Source of the DNA: Muribaculaceae bacterium
Lineage (GTDB): Bacteria > Bacteroidota > Bacteroidia > Bacteroidales > Muribaculaceae
Length of the DNA stretch: 64,000 nt
Reading direction: 5' to 3'
NCBI GenBank assembly: GCA_009775355.1
Contig: VSPN01000005.1
Span: 6,563 to 70,562, forward strand
The notes below the pieces were generated by a model that was not told where the DNA came from, did not search any database, and saw only the letters and a list, made by a program, of their open reading frames with translations. The position numbers and the translations under genes are program-made. This document shows positions 17,867-25,912 of this stretch, piece after piece; the first letter of the stretch is position 1; each line of letters begins with the position of its first letter.

Positions 17867-19077
17867 TTATAATCTGAGTTGCTTTTTCTCCTTGTTGGGA
17901 TTCTCTTCGGTTGAAGAAAGCAACGCGCGCTTAAGATTCTCTTTGTCGCGGAATGCCGAACAATAGAAGAAGTCAGATCCTTCGAATCTGTTGCGATAGC
18001 GCAGCATTCCGCAACCCCCGTCGCATATCGGAAATACGAAGCATTGCTTGCATTCTTCGTCAAACGGACTGCATTCGTGCATGTATCTCATCAGTCGTGG
18101 ATAGTTATGGCGTCTGTTGTCAGCGATGCTTCCGATCACCTTGTCGTGACTGCTGACGTCGTTCCAGCATTTGTAGAGTTCTTGTAGAGGCCTGTCAGTT
18201 CCGAGGGATTTATCGACGAATAGCACAGTTTGTTTCCTCCCGTCGCATCTTCTCTGATCAGGCCGGGGTAGGGGTATATCTTTCTGTGACGCTCCTCATT
18301 ACGGAACATGTCGTAGATTTTTACGAAATCATCGCGGTTGTTGCGATTTATGTTGACCCGCAACGATATGTCGAGTTCCGGCATCGATTCAGCCAGCTTC
18401 TCGATGTTGGCCATGATTCTGTCGAATGTCGGAGTTCCGATTCCTTTGAGGAATCTGGTTTTGTCGTGATTCTCTTTTATTCCGTCTATCGAGATCTGGA
18501 TTCTGTCAAGTCCGATCTCCTTGAATATGGCTATCACATGATCGTCGATGAGATAGGCGTTGGAGATCAGTTCCTGATACTGGATCTTTTTTTCGGTTTC
18601 CGATTTGAGCCTTTTGTGAATTGTTTCGATTTCTGCCGCCATCAGCAGAGGTTCTCCGCCATACCATGTCAGCGACACAGTCTCGATCTCTTTCTGGTTG
18701 TTGACGTAATCGATTATTTTGTCGATTGTCTCTTTTGTGACAGACCGTGGATTTTTCTTTGGCTCGAAACAGTAGGGACACTCGAAGTTGCATCCGGTTG
18801 TAGGTGCGATGATCAGCGACATGTGTTTGGAGCCGTATGCATCCGTCAGAAATCGTGTCAGTGAGTCATAATAGAATGTGTATTTCTCTTCTCAATTGAC
18901 TATTATCCCTTTCTCCTTGAGTTCAGAGAATAGTTCTTCGGGCAGCTCATCCCAGCTGTGGTTATATAGAATTTCGTATAGATCTTCAGAGATCTCGGAG
19001 AAGTAAAGGCTCTCCGAATTGAAAAGATAGTATTTGCCGTTTTCAGTAAATAGGAACGTGTATATCGAGAGTATCAT
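17867..19077 (-). pseudogene. radical SAM/SPASM peptide maturase, interrupted (one in-frame TGA and one frameshift)
   Basis: Three track ORFs form one protein. The N-terminal peptide-binding-like domain (19077-18895) is followed by TGA at 18894-18892, in frame with the rSAM core (APTTGCNFECPYC, WYGGEPLL; to ~18250). A 1-nt frame change near the C4 runs (18245-18275) leads into the SPASM domain (CDGRKQTVLFVDKS...LYKCWNDV...CKQCFVFPICDGGC; to 17867). Confidence 0.8.
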
Positions 19078-19094
19078 GACGGTAGCATTATTGG

Positions 19095-19235
19095 TCAGTA
19101 TATGGTTGATCCTTGTTCTTTGATGGGATAGGAATAATTATGATTGTCTGGGCATTTACACAAATGGTGTACACAATTGTCAATGGTGCACGCGATTGTC
19201 AATAGTGCCGAACAGATAAGAGATTTACCTTTCAT
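19095..19235 (-). CDS. hypothetical 46-aa Cys-containing peptide or lipoprotein-like ORF upstream of the maturase
   Basis: MKGKSLICSALLTIACTIDNCVHHLCKCPDNHNYSYPIKEQGSTIY sits ~35 nt downstream of a TATCTTTG box and ends 17 nt before the rSAM ATG. Coding status is doubtful because a 2x19-bp DNA repeat inside it is out of frame with itself. Confidence 0.3.
   Translation of the reverse strand: MKGKSLICSALLTIACTIDNCVHHLCKCPDNHNYSYPIKEQGSTIY
19166..19203. repeat. tandem 19-bp direct repeat (2 copies, 16/19 identical)
   Basis: Plus strand: ggtgtacacaattgtcaat / ggtgcacgcgattgtcaat. Each unit carries two mini-palindromes (GTGTACAC or GTGCAC, and ATTGNCAAT). Confidence 0.8.
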
Positions 19236-19269
19236 TTTTATCTTTAGATGTAGACGCATGCTTGTCAGA

Positions 19270-19659
19270 TCAAAGATAACAAACCATTGCGTTTGCATAG
19301 TGTCCGTTTGTATAATCGCATATTCCTGCGAGGTAATGGGCTTTGGCCGCGTTACGTGAGTCTTTCTTGCGTTCGTAATAGTCTGCCGCTACCCGAGCGA
19401 TCGAGTCATCGAGCGGAAGAGAGTCTGCCTTATGGCGGGCCTTGGTCAGAAGCTTGTTGTATCGTGCTTCGACTGATTCATGTTTTCTTCGCGGAAGCTC
19501 GATCTTGCGGAGAATCCGGAGAGCCGAGTCCGGATCCGAATCAACAAGTGATTCGGCAGTATCCAGTTGAATCCGGGTGTGTGAATCCGAACATGAGAAC
19601 AGGCATGTCATAATGCCCATGATGCCAAGCAGGAGAACTGTCAGAGTAAGACTTCGCAT
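19270..19659 (-). pseudogene. N-terminal fragment of a TPR lipoprotein/regulator family protein
   Basis: Lipobox LFSCSDS is followed by DTAESLVDSDPDSALRILRKIE...YNKLLTKARHKA...DDSIARVAADYYERKKD...AKAHYLAGICDYTNGHYANAM. This resembles the first ~130 aa of ~500-aa Bacteroidales TPR(+LuxR) proteins (from memory). The ORF stops abruptly in the promoter box. Confidence 0.45.
19271..19278 (-). promoter_or_regulatory. -7 promoter box (TATCTTTG on minus strand) for the rSAM operon
   Basis: Exact TAnnTTTG match. It overlaps the stop codon of the truncated TPR ORF. Confidence 0.45.
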
Positions 19660-19730
19660 GATACTGCAGTTTTGACCGCAAATACAATGCAAATATTCTT
19701 AATCGCAATACTTATGAAAACATATTTCGT

Positions 19731-19769
19731 AAAAAAGAGCCTCCGCGAGAGGCTGTCTTGCGGAGGCTG
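19731..19769 (-). terminator. Rho-independent terminator of prmA
   Basis: Minus-strand RNA forms an agccuccgc/gcggaggcu stem followed by CUUUUUU. Confidence 0.7.
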
Positions 19770-19801
19770 TCTTTACTGATGAGTGGTGTCTGACTCTGAG
19801 T

Positions 19802-20647
19802 TTACCGTTTTACGAGACGGAGTGCTGTCCAGCGGTTGCTGATCAGGCGCGACTCCAGTTCGAGGCCGTGGCGCGACGCCGCTTCGGCTATCATGGGCGT
19901 GTCTTCTTCATAGAAGCCGCTGAGCAGCATTGTGCCGCCTGATTTGAGGTGTGCGGCGTAGCGGTCGATGTCGCCCAGAATGATGTTGCGGTTGATGTTG
20001 GCGAAGAGAAAGTCTGCCGGTCCGAGTCCGGCAAGCGAGGAGGCATCACCATGTATAAGGTTCATCCGGACTCCGTTGAGTGCTACGTTCTCAATGGCGT
20101 TCTCATAGGCCGGACGGTCTATCTCGATGCCTGTTACGCCGGAGGCTCCCCGCATGGCGGCCAGTATGCCGAGAATCCCGGTGCCGGTCCCCATGTCGAT
20201 CACGCTGCGACCTTCGAGGTCGGAGGCAAGAATGTGTCTTACCATCTGCGATGTTGTGTCGTGATGGCCTGTGCCGAATGCCATTTTTGGGTCTATCACG
20301 ATATCGTATTCCGCCGCAGGTATGTCGGTGTGGAATGATGAATGGATAACGCACCGCCCGTCTATCAGGATCGGTTTGAAGTAATGCTTCTCCCACTCTT
20401 CGTTCCAGTCCTGACCCTTGACAAGCTGCTGCGAGATTTCGAGACGCGTCTCCATCGGAAAATCCGAAAGAGCCTCGCGGGCGGCAAGCGCACCGTCGCC
20501 GGACGCGGCACCTATATATGCCGTCAGACCGTTTGCATCCGGTTCGAAAGATTCAAATCCTGCATCGGCGAGAAATGCCGCCATCAGGTCTGTGATATCA
20601 GCCGTGCATGGCCTGGCATCTATTCTTACACTGTAATAATCGTTCAT
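19802..20647 (-). CDS. prmA: ribosomal protein L11 methyltransferase
   Basis: 281 aa. It has the SAM-binding motif VIDMGTGTGILGILAAMRGA and the N-terminal PrmA-type domain MNDYYSVRI...FLADAGFESFE. Confidence 0.85.
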   Translation of the reverse strand: MNDYYSVRIDARPCTADITDLMAAFLADAGFESFEPDANGLTAYIGAASGDGALAAREALSDFPMETRLEISQQLVKGQDWNEEWEKHYFKPILIDGRCVIHSSFHTDIPAAEYDIVIDPKMAFGTGHHDTTSQMVRHILASDLEGRSVIDMGTGTGILGILAAMRGASGVTGIEIDRPAYENAIENVALNGVRMNLIHGDASSLAGLGPADFLFANINRNIILGDIDRYAAHLKSGGTMLLSGFYEEDTPMIAEAASRHGLELESRLISNRWTALRLVKR

Positions 20648-20700
20648 GAAAATAAACAGTCCACCCTGATGAGGCGGACTTTATAAAATGGTTGATAATA

Positions 20701-21030
20701 TTAATTTTTACCTCTTATGAGACGAATGCCTTTCTTGGCTGTGCCGAAGAGCGATATGCCCATAAGTATGTAGTCGAGTGTGTTCATATGAGAGAAGACG
20801 GTAGACGCTATCTTGCCTGCCAGAGCAAGTTTAGATCCGCCTCCTGACTTTCCTTTCCCTTTAGAGCCAGGCCGAAGCGTCTCGACAGACTGCATGACTT
20901 TGGTCTTGCAGAATTCTTTTCGCAAAGCCATCATGGCGCGCTGGTAACGGAGTTCCTCCATTGTGTATCCTTTGAACGGAGCTTCCGTATCTCCGGATTC
21001 AGCGAGAAGATTCTTTTTATTATCTTTCAT
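20701..21030 (-). CDS. hypothetical small protein (C-terminal hydrophobic segment)
   Basis: 109-aa ORF, last gene of the YtxH/holin-like cluster. It has a Gly/Lys-rich linker KGKGKSGGGSK. Confidence 0.5.
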   Translation of the reverse strand: MKDNKKNLLAESGDTEAPFKGYTMEELRYQRAMMALRKEFCKTKVMQSVETLRPGSKGKGKSGGGSKLALAGKIASTVFSHMNTLDYILMGISLFGTAKKGIRLIRGKN

Positions 21031-21050
21031 AGTTATTAACGTCTGGAGGG

Positions 21051-21407
21051 TTAATGTTTCCTGTCAAAAAACACGCGGGTGATTAGTCTGGCTATAGGGT
21101 TAAGCAGCAGGGGTTTACGCAACAGATATAAAAGTGCGAGCAGAACGCATATGGCTCCGGCTGTCGAAAGGTAGGCGAGTGCCGGGTTCATAATCAGTCT
21201 GAAAGCCTCGGCAAGCGAGAATGCAAGCATGATGAGAACCACGACTCCAAGCAGAAGACATACGAAACCGAGAATCAGGGTCGACATAAGAAGCGTCAGC
21301 TTTTCGGCGATTGTCAGTTTTGCGTATTCAAGTTCGAGTCGTAGCCATGTCTTTGACTGATCGATTATGCTGCGTATCTCTTCGATGAGATTGACTTTCA
21401 TAGGCAA
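21051..21407 (-). CDS. phage-holin-family-like (Holin-X/DUF1469-type) membrane protein
   Basis: 118 aa with an amphipathic N-terminus (SKTWLRLELEYAKL) followed by two long TM helices. Confidence 0.55.
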   Translation of the reverse strand: MPMKVNLIEEIRSIIDQSKTWLRLELEYAKLTIAEKLTLLMSTLILGFVCLLLGVVVLIMLAFSLAEAFRLIMNPALAYLSTAGAICVLLALLYLLRKPLLLNPIARLITRVFFDRKH

Positions 21408-21519
21408 TGTTAGTAGTGTTAGTATTATAACGGCATATGCTATACTATATTATAGTATGCGGGCCTTCCGGCCTGAGGCCGGAAAGCCCGCATGTGGTCT
21501 CGTCATCCTGACGGGCGTG

Positions 21520-21711
21520 TCACTCGGTTGCCGAGAGTTCAGCCACAAGCGCGTCGACTTCGGAGTCGCTGATCTTGATGCCGCGCTTGCGCAGAAGATC
21601 AACTATGCGGCTTCTAAGATCCGAGCCTTTCTCGGGGGTGAACAGAAGTGCTGCGCCGCAGCCCACGATGGCTCCGCCCAGAAATGCCGATATCAGTGTG
21701 AGTGCTCTCAT
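21520..21711 (-). CDS. YtxH domain protein
   Basis: 63 aa. An N-terminal TM segment is followed by LLFTPEKGSDLRSRI (YtxH signature AP.sG...R). Confidence 0.7.
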   Translation of the reverse strand: MRALTLISAFLGGAIVGCGAALLFTPEKGSDLRSRIVDLLRKRGIKISDSEVDALVAELSATE

Positions 21712-21731
21712 GTCTTTTCTTTTTTTTGTGT

Positions 21732-21935
21732 TTAGATATGTTTTTCGATCTGGTCCTCGATCTCGTCTACAAGTTCCTCCATCTTGTTTTTCTTCAGGCA
21801 GATGCCTTTCTCTTTGAGGATCTTTATGATTTTCGAGCGGGTGTCCTCTCCCTTTTCAGGTGCGATGAGAAGACCGATTGCCGCGCCTGCTACGGCGCCT
21901 CCGATTACTGAAAGGATTACATGCAGTGGTTTCAT
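21732..21935 (-). CDS. YtxH domain protein (tandem paralog)
   Basis: 67 aa with GGAVAGAAIGLLIAPEKGEDTRSKI. Confidence 0.7.
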   Translation of the reverse strand: MKPLHVILSVIGGAVAGAAIGLLIAPEKGEDTRSKIIKILKEKGICLKKNKMEELVDEIEDQIEKHI

Positions 21936-22030
21936 AACTTGCAGTTTGTTTATTTGTGTTTGATGATTGTTTCCTGTTTATACTTATTAACAAAAATTTC
22001 GCCAAAAAGATGCGGGCCTTGTCTTTTTTT

Positions 22031-22579
22031 TTATTTCGATGCCATGGGAAGCATGCCTGCGGCAGCTTCGTAGGCCATCAGGCCGCTCTCCGAAAGCTCG
22101 ACTGAAAGGTAGTCTCCGCCGGGTGTCAGCATCCTGACGTGCGATGTGTCGACAAATGTCATGAACGGCAGTTCCTCTCCGTTGGCGAGACCGACGCTCC
22201 ATGTCTGCTCTGTCTCGTCGAAATTGAGGCGTACCTCTTCGCCTGTTGTCTCGTTGGTCACGGTGTAGCCTTTGCCGTCGCATGCGATCATGTAGCGGCC
22301 GTGGTCGGTGTCAACGGTCTTGACTGAAGCCGTGAGCGGATTGGTGCCGCTCCAGAATTCGATGGAGTTGATGACGAGCACATCGGCGAGTGCCGTGACT
22401 TCATATACGGGAAGAATCCAGAATGCGAGAAACACGAGTTCGTTGACGAACTTGGATCCGATGTTGCGGTTCCATGATATCACTTTGTTGGTAAGTCCGA
22501 ACGAGCCGATGCATGATGTGAATACAAGCGACGTGCCCGCAATCAGCACTGCTGCCACCGAAAGTCTGATTTTTCTCAT
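22031..22579 (-). CDS. DUF3332-like lipoprotein
   Basis: Lipobox VFTSC, then GSFGLTNKVISWNRNIGSKFVNELVFLAFWILPVYEVTALADVLVINSIEFWSG, as recalled for DUF3332. Confidence 0.65.
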   Translation of the reverse strand: MRKIRLSVAAVLIAGTSLVFTSCIGSFGLTNKVISWNRNIGSKFVNELVFLAFWILPVYEVTALADVLVINSIEFWSGTNPLTASVKTVDTDHGRYMIACDGKGYTVTNETTGEEVRLNFDETEQTWSVGLANGEELPFMTFVDTSHVRMLTPGGDYLSVELSESGLMAYEAAAGMLPMASK

Positions 22580-22730
22580 TGTAGTGTGGTGTTAGGGATA
22601 GAAGGGTTGTAGTTTTTTCGAAATTAACACTTTTTTTGTGATCACACAATACCGAAGTCGTTTAATCTTTTATAAATACTCAAAAAGTGTTTGTTTTTCT
22701 TTTCTTTATTGTCAATAATCTGACATCGGG

Positions 22731-23984
22731 TCAATATTTTTTGGCTGGGCCGAACGAATTGACGTATCTGTCGTTGCTCTCATTGTACCCTTTGTCCAGC
22801 CTGGTGGCAAGTCCGAGCACGTTTGATCCGCAATCGCGGTTAAGCCGATCGACAGCCTCCATGAGTCGGCGTGATCTTGCGGCTGCGAGACGCCGCGCCT
22901 CCATATCTTCAAACAGCGAGGGGGCAGCTTCGCGTTCGGGAATTATTTCTGAAAGTGTCACGCCGGCGCGTTTGTATCTGTAGGCAGGGTCGAATATGCT
23001 CTCTGAGATTCTGACTGCAGTGTCGGCTATGACGTTGGTGTCGCTTGTGGGTGGATCGAGTCTTACGGATGCCGACGGTGTGATATAACCGCGCTCGCGG
23101 TGAAAGCGGTTTGTGGCCATAAATACGCTCACCACGCCGCAGACCCCTTTCATGGCTCTGAGTCGTCGGGCAACATCAGTGCTGTAGATCACTATCCGTG
23201 ATCGTATATAGTCGAAGTCGCCGATATCAGTCGGAAATGTGCGTGTCTCGCTCACCGACTCCTGAAGCGTGCGTGAGGCATGTGCGAGTTCGATGCACGG
23301 CTCGCCATGCAGTTCGCGCCAGCTGCGCTCGCCGTGCACTCCGAGTTCTCCGCGCACCCATATGAGTTCCTTGCGTGCGAAGTCTCCTATGGTGTGGACT
23401 CCGGCAAGATACATGCGTTTTGCGAGTCGTCGCCCTATCCCCCAGAGATCGCCGATCGGCATGTCTGACAGTATCTTTCCGATTTCTTCTTGGTCTGTGA
23501 GCATGACTACTCTTTCTCCCGCTTTCTTTCCCCGTTCGGTAGCGATCTTGGCCAGGGTCTTGGTGGCGGCGAATCCGATTGTGACTGGTATACGCTCCTC
23601 TTCCATGCACGTCTTGACAATGGCCGCTCCGATTCCGGGAAGTTCGGAGTCGGGTATTCCCGTCATGTCAAGAAATGCCTCATCGACCGAGTAGTCCGTG
23701 GTGTCTGGAGCATACCGTCGGAATATGTCGTGGATCCGCAGGCTGATGTCGCGGTAGAGTGTGTGGTTGCCTGAAAGTGCGATAAGTTGCTCCGATGTGA
23801 TCAGTTCGCGCAGTTCGAAGGCGGGCTGTCCCATCTTGACGCCGAGCCGCTTGGCCTCGTTGCTGCGGGCCACGGCGCAACCGTCGTTGTTGCTCAGCAC
23901 CACTACGGCACGGCCCTCGAGCTGCGGATTCTGAGCGCGTTCGCAGCTCACGAAGAAGTTGTTGCAGTCTGCAAGTCCTGTCAT
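22731..23984 (-). CDS. Y-family DNA polymerase (UmuC-like)
   Basis: Start at MTGLADCNNFFVSCERAQNPQLEGRAVVVLSNNDGCAVARSNEAK, with YSVDEAFLD. The ATG overlaps the recQ stop (ATGA at 23981-23984). The track's Arg/Pro-rich N-terminal extension was discarded. Confidence 0.85.
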   Translation of the reverse strand: MTGLADCNNFFVSCERAQNPQLEGRAVVVLSNNDGCAVARSNEAKRLGVKMGQPAFELRELITSEQLIALSGNHTLYRDISLRIHDIFRRYAPDTTDYSVDEAFLDMTGIPDSELPGIGAAIVKTCMEEERIPVTIGFAATKTLAKIATERGKKAGERVVMLTDQEEIGKILSDMPIGDLWGIGRRLAKRMYLAGVHTIGDFARKELIWVRGELGVHGERSWRELHGEPCIELAHASRTLQESVSETRTFPTDIGDFDYIRSRIVIYSTDVARRLRAMKGVCGVVSVFMATNRFHRERGYITPSASVRLDPPTSDTNVIADTAVRISESIFDPAYRYKRAGVTLSEIIPEREAAPSLFEDMEARRLAAARSRRLMEAVDRLNRDCGSNVLGLATRLDKGYNESNDRYVNSFGPAKKY

Positions 23985-25903
23985 TTCTGTATTTGCCTGT
24001 CTGTTTCGAGTGTCAGTCTGACGTAACCGTCGGTTATGGTGATGTGGCCTTCTCCGGTCAGCCAGCTGATGGCTTCGGCGAGAGGCGTGCGGGAGGCTCG
24101 CAGGTCGTGGTCGAGTATTCTGAGGTCGACCCCTTCGGGATGACGGTTCATGTAGTCGAGCACGCGTGTTATCATGACGCGGGGATCGTCGGCTTCGCTT
24201 TTGCGGCGTCCGCGGCATGTGTCACATCGTCCGCATTCTTTCTTCCGCACTTCCCCGAAGTATTCGAGCATCCGGTTTTCACGGCATATTCGCGGATTGA
24301 ACGCATAGTCGATCATGGCTTCGACGCGCCGGCTCATGATCTCTTTACGCACCTCGTATATGTCGCGTCCGATCTGAAGGTAGCGAGGTTCCTCTCGCGA
24401 TGTGGGTATGTACATCAGCGGCATACGGCTGCGAGGTATGTAGCTGATTGTGCCGGACCGCCCGAGCTCGAGGAGCGCCTCATAGACATCACGCTCCGAG
24501 GTGTCGAGTGCTCTCGCTATTGTGGCTTCGTTGATGCAGACATAGTCGGTGAAAAGCCCGGTGTAGCCGCGCAGCAGGCAGGTGAGCACGCGTTCGGCGA
24601 GATGGGAGAGGCATTTTAGATGGTACAGTTCCTCACGGTCGCAGGTCACTGTGACGCGCGCACGCCGATCTGCTTCCTCCATGTATTCCAGATAGCCGGC
24701 CTGTTCAAGTATCTTCAGGGCGGCGCGGCACTGGCGGGGCTGGTAGCCGAACGTATCGCAGAATTTCTCGATATCGAATTCTTTCAGTGTATCGTATCCT
24801 TCTCCGACAGATATGTGCAATGAATTGCACACTCGTTCGTATATCTTCTTTATTATGTCGCGTGCCGGGAATGCTTCAGTGACTCTCCTGCGCATTACGC
24901 CCCGGTCAGTGCGGGCGGTAAGCAGGACAGCGTAGCTTTTTTCTCCGTCGCGCCCTGCGCGCCCCGCTTCCTGATAGTATTCCTCAAGGCTCGGGGGGAG
25001 ATCGTAGTGTATCACCACGCGGACATCTGGCTTGTCGATACCCATTCCGAAGGCGTTTGTCGCAACCATGACGCGGATCGTGCCGTTCTTCCAAGAGTTC
25101 TGTCGCTCCTCTTTAAGTTCGTGGCTGAGTCCTGCGTGGTAGGCTGCGGCCGATATGCCGGCCGACAGAAGATAGTCGGCTATCTCTGCGGTACGCTTCC
25201 GGCTGCGGACATAGACTATGGCTGTGCCGGCCGTACGGCTGAGTATGTGGAAGACCTCGCTGATCTTGGTCTCGGCCGGACGCACTATGTAGTTTATGTT
25301 GTCGCGTGTGAAGCTCATGCGGAACACGTTGGGAGTCCGCATGCCGAGGCGAAGGCAGATATCGTCGGCCACTTCTGGTGTCGCAGTGGCCGTGAGTGCC
25401 ATTACGGGCACCCCGGGTTTCGTGTCGCGTAGTCTGGAGATGTTGAGGTAGGACGGGCGGAAGTCATATCCCCATTGAGATATGCAGTGCGCCTCGTCGA
25501 CCACGATGAGACTGACGTTGAGACGTCTCATAAGTGCGGTGAAACTGTCGTTGCCGAGACGTTCTGGCGATACGTATAGAAACCGGGCGCCCCCGTTGAC
25601 GAGTTTCTCGCATGCCATGTCTTTCTCTCTGCGTGTCATGCCCGAGTGGAGCGATACGGCCTTGATGTGACGCCGCCGCAGATTGTCGACTTGGTCTTTC
25701 ATCAGCGAGATGAGTGGGGTGATGACTATCGTTATGCCGGGCAGCATGAGACCCGGCACCTGGAATGTTATGGATTTGCCGCCGCCGGTGGGCATAAGCC
25801 CGAGTGTGTCGTGACCGGCAAGCACAGACTCTACTATCTCCTTCTGGAGCGGTCTGAAGCTGTCGTATCCCCAGTGCCGTCTGAGTGTGGCGAGAGCATC
25901 CAT
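23981..25903 (-). CDS. recQ: ATP-dependent DNA helicase RecQ
   Basis: MPTGGGKSITFQVP (Walker A), VVDEAHCISQWGYDFRP (DEAH) and the Zn-binding CGRCDTC region. Confidence 0.9.
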   Translation of the reverse strand: MDALATLRRHWGYDSFRPLQKEIVESVLAGHDTLGLMPTGGGKSITFQVPGLMLPGITIVITPLISLMKDQVDNLRRRHIKAVSLHSGMTRREKDMACEKLVNGGARFLYVSPERLGNDSFTALMRRLNVSLIVVDEAHCISQWGYDFRPSYLNISRLRDTKPGVPVMALTATATPEVADDICLRLGMRTPNVFRMSFTRDNINYIVRPAETKISEVFHILSRTAGTAIVYVRSRKRTAEIADYLLSAGISAAAYHAGLSHELKEERQNSWKNGTIRVMVATNAFGMGIDKPDVRVVIHYDLPPSLEEYYQEAGRAGRDGEKSYAVLLTARTDRGVMRRRVTEAFPARDIIKKIYERVCNSLHISVGEGYDTLKEFDIEKFCDTFGYQPRQCRAALKILEQAGYLEYMEEADRRARVTVTCDREELYHLKCLSHLAERVLTCLLRGYTGLFTDYVCINEATIARALDTSERDVYEALLELGRSGTISYIPRSRMPLMYIPTSREEPRYLQIGRDIYEVRKEIMSRRVEAMIDYAFNPRICRENRMLEYFGEVRKKECGRCDTCRGRRKSEADDPRVMITRVLDYMNRHPEGVDLRILDHDLRASRTPLAEAISWLTGEGHITITDGYVRLTLETDRQIQK

Positions 25904-25912
25904 CTGGTCATG

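Noticed and set aside
18892-18894. In-frame TGA in the rSAM maturase as a selenocysteine or recoded sense codon.
   Set aside because: TGA is used as a normal stop elsewhere in the window. The site is in a linker, not at a redox Cys position. I see no convincing SECIS-like hairpin in the ~40 nt downstream. A nonsense mutation is the simpler reading.
23985-24218. Arg/Pro-rich 78-aa N-terminal extension of the UmuC-like ORF in the track.
   Set aside because: It overlaps the 3' end of recQ in another frame and is low-complexity. The conserved Y-family N-terminus (MTGLADCNNFFVSCE) starts at ATG 23984, which forms an ATGA overlap with the recQ stop.
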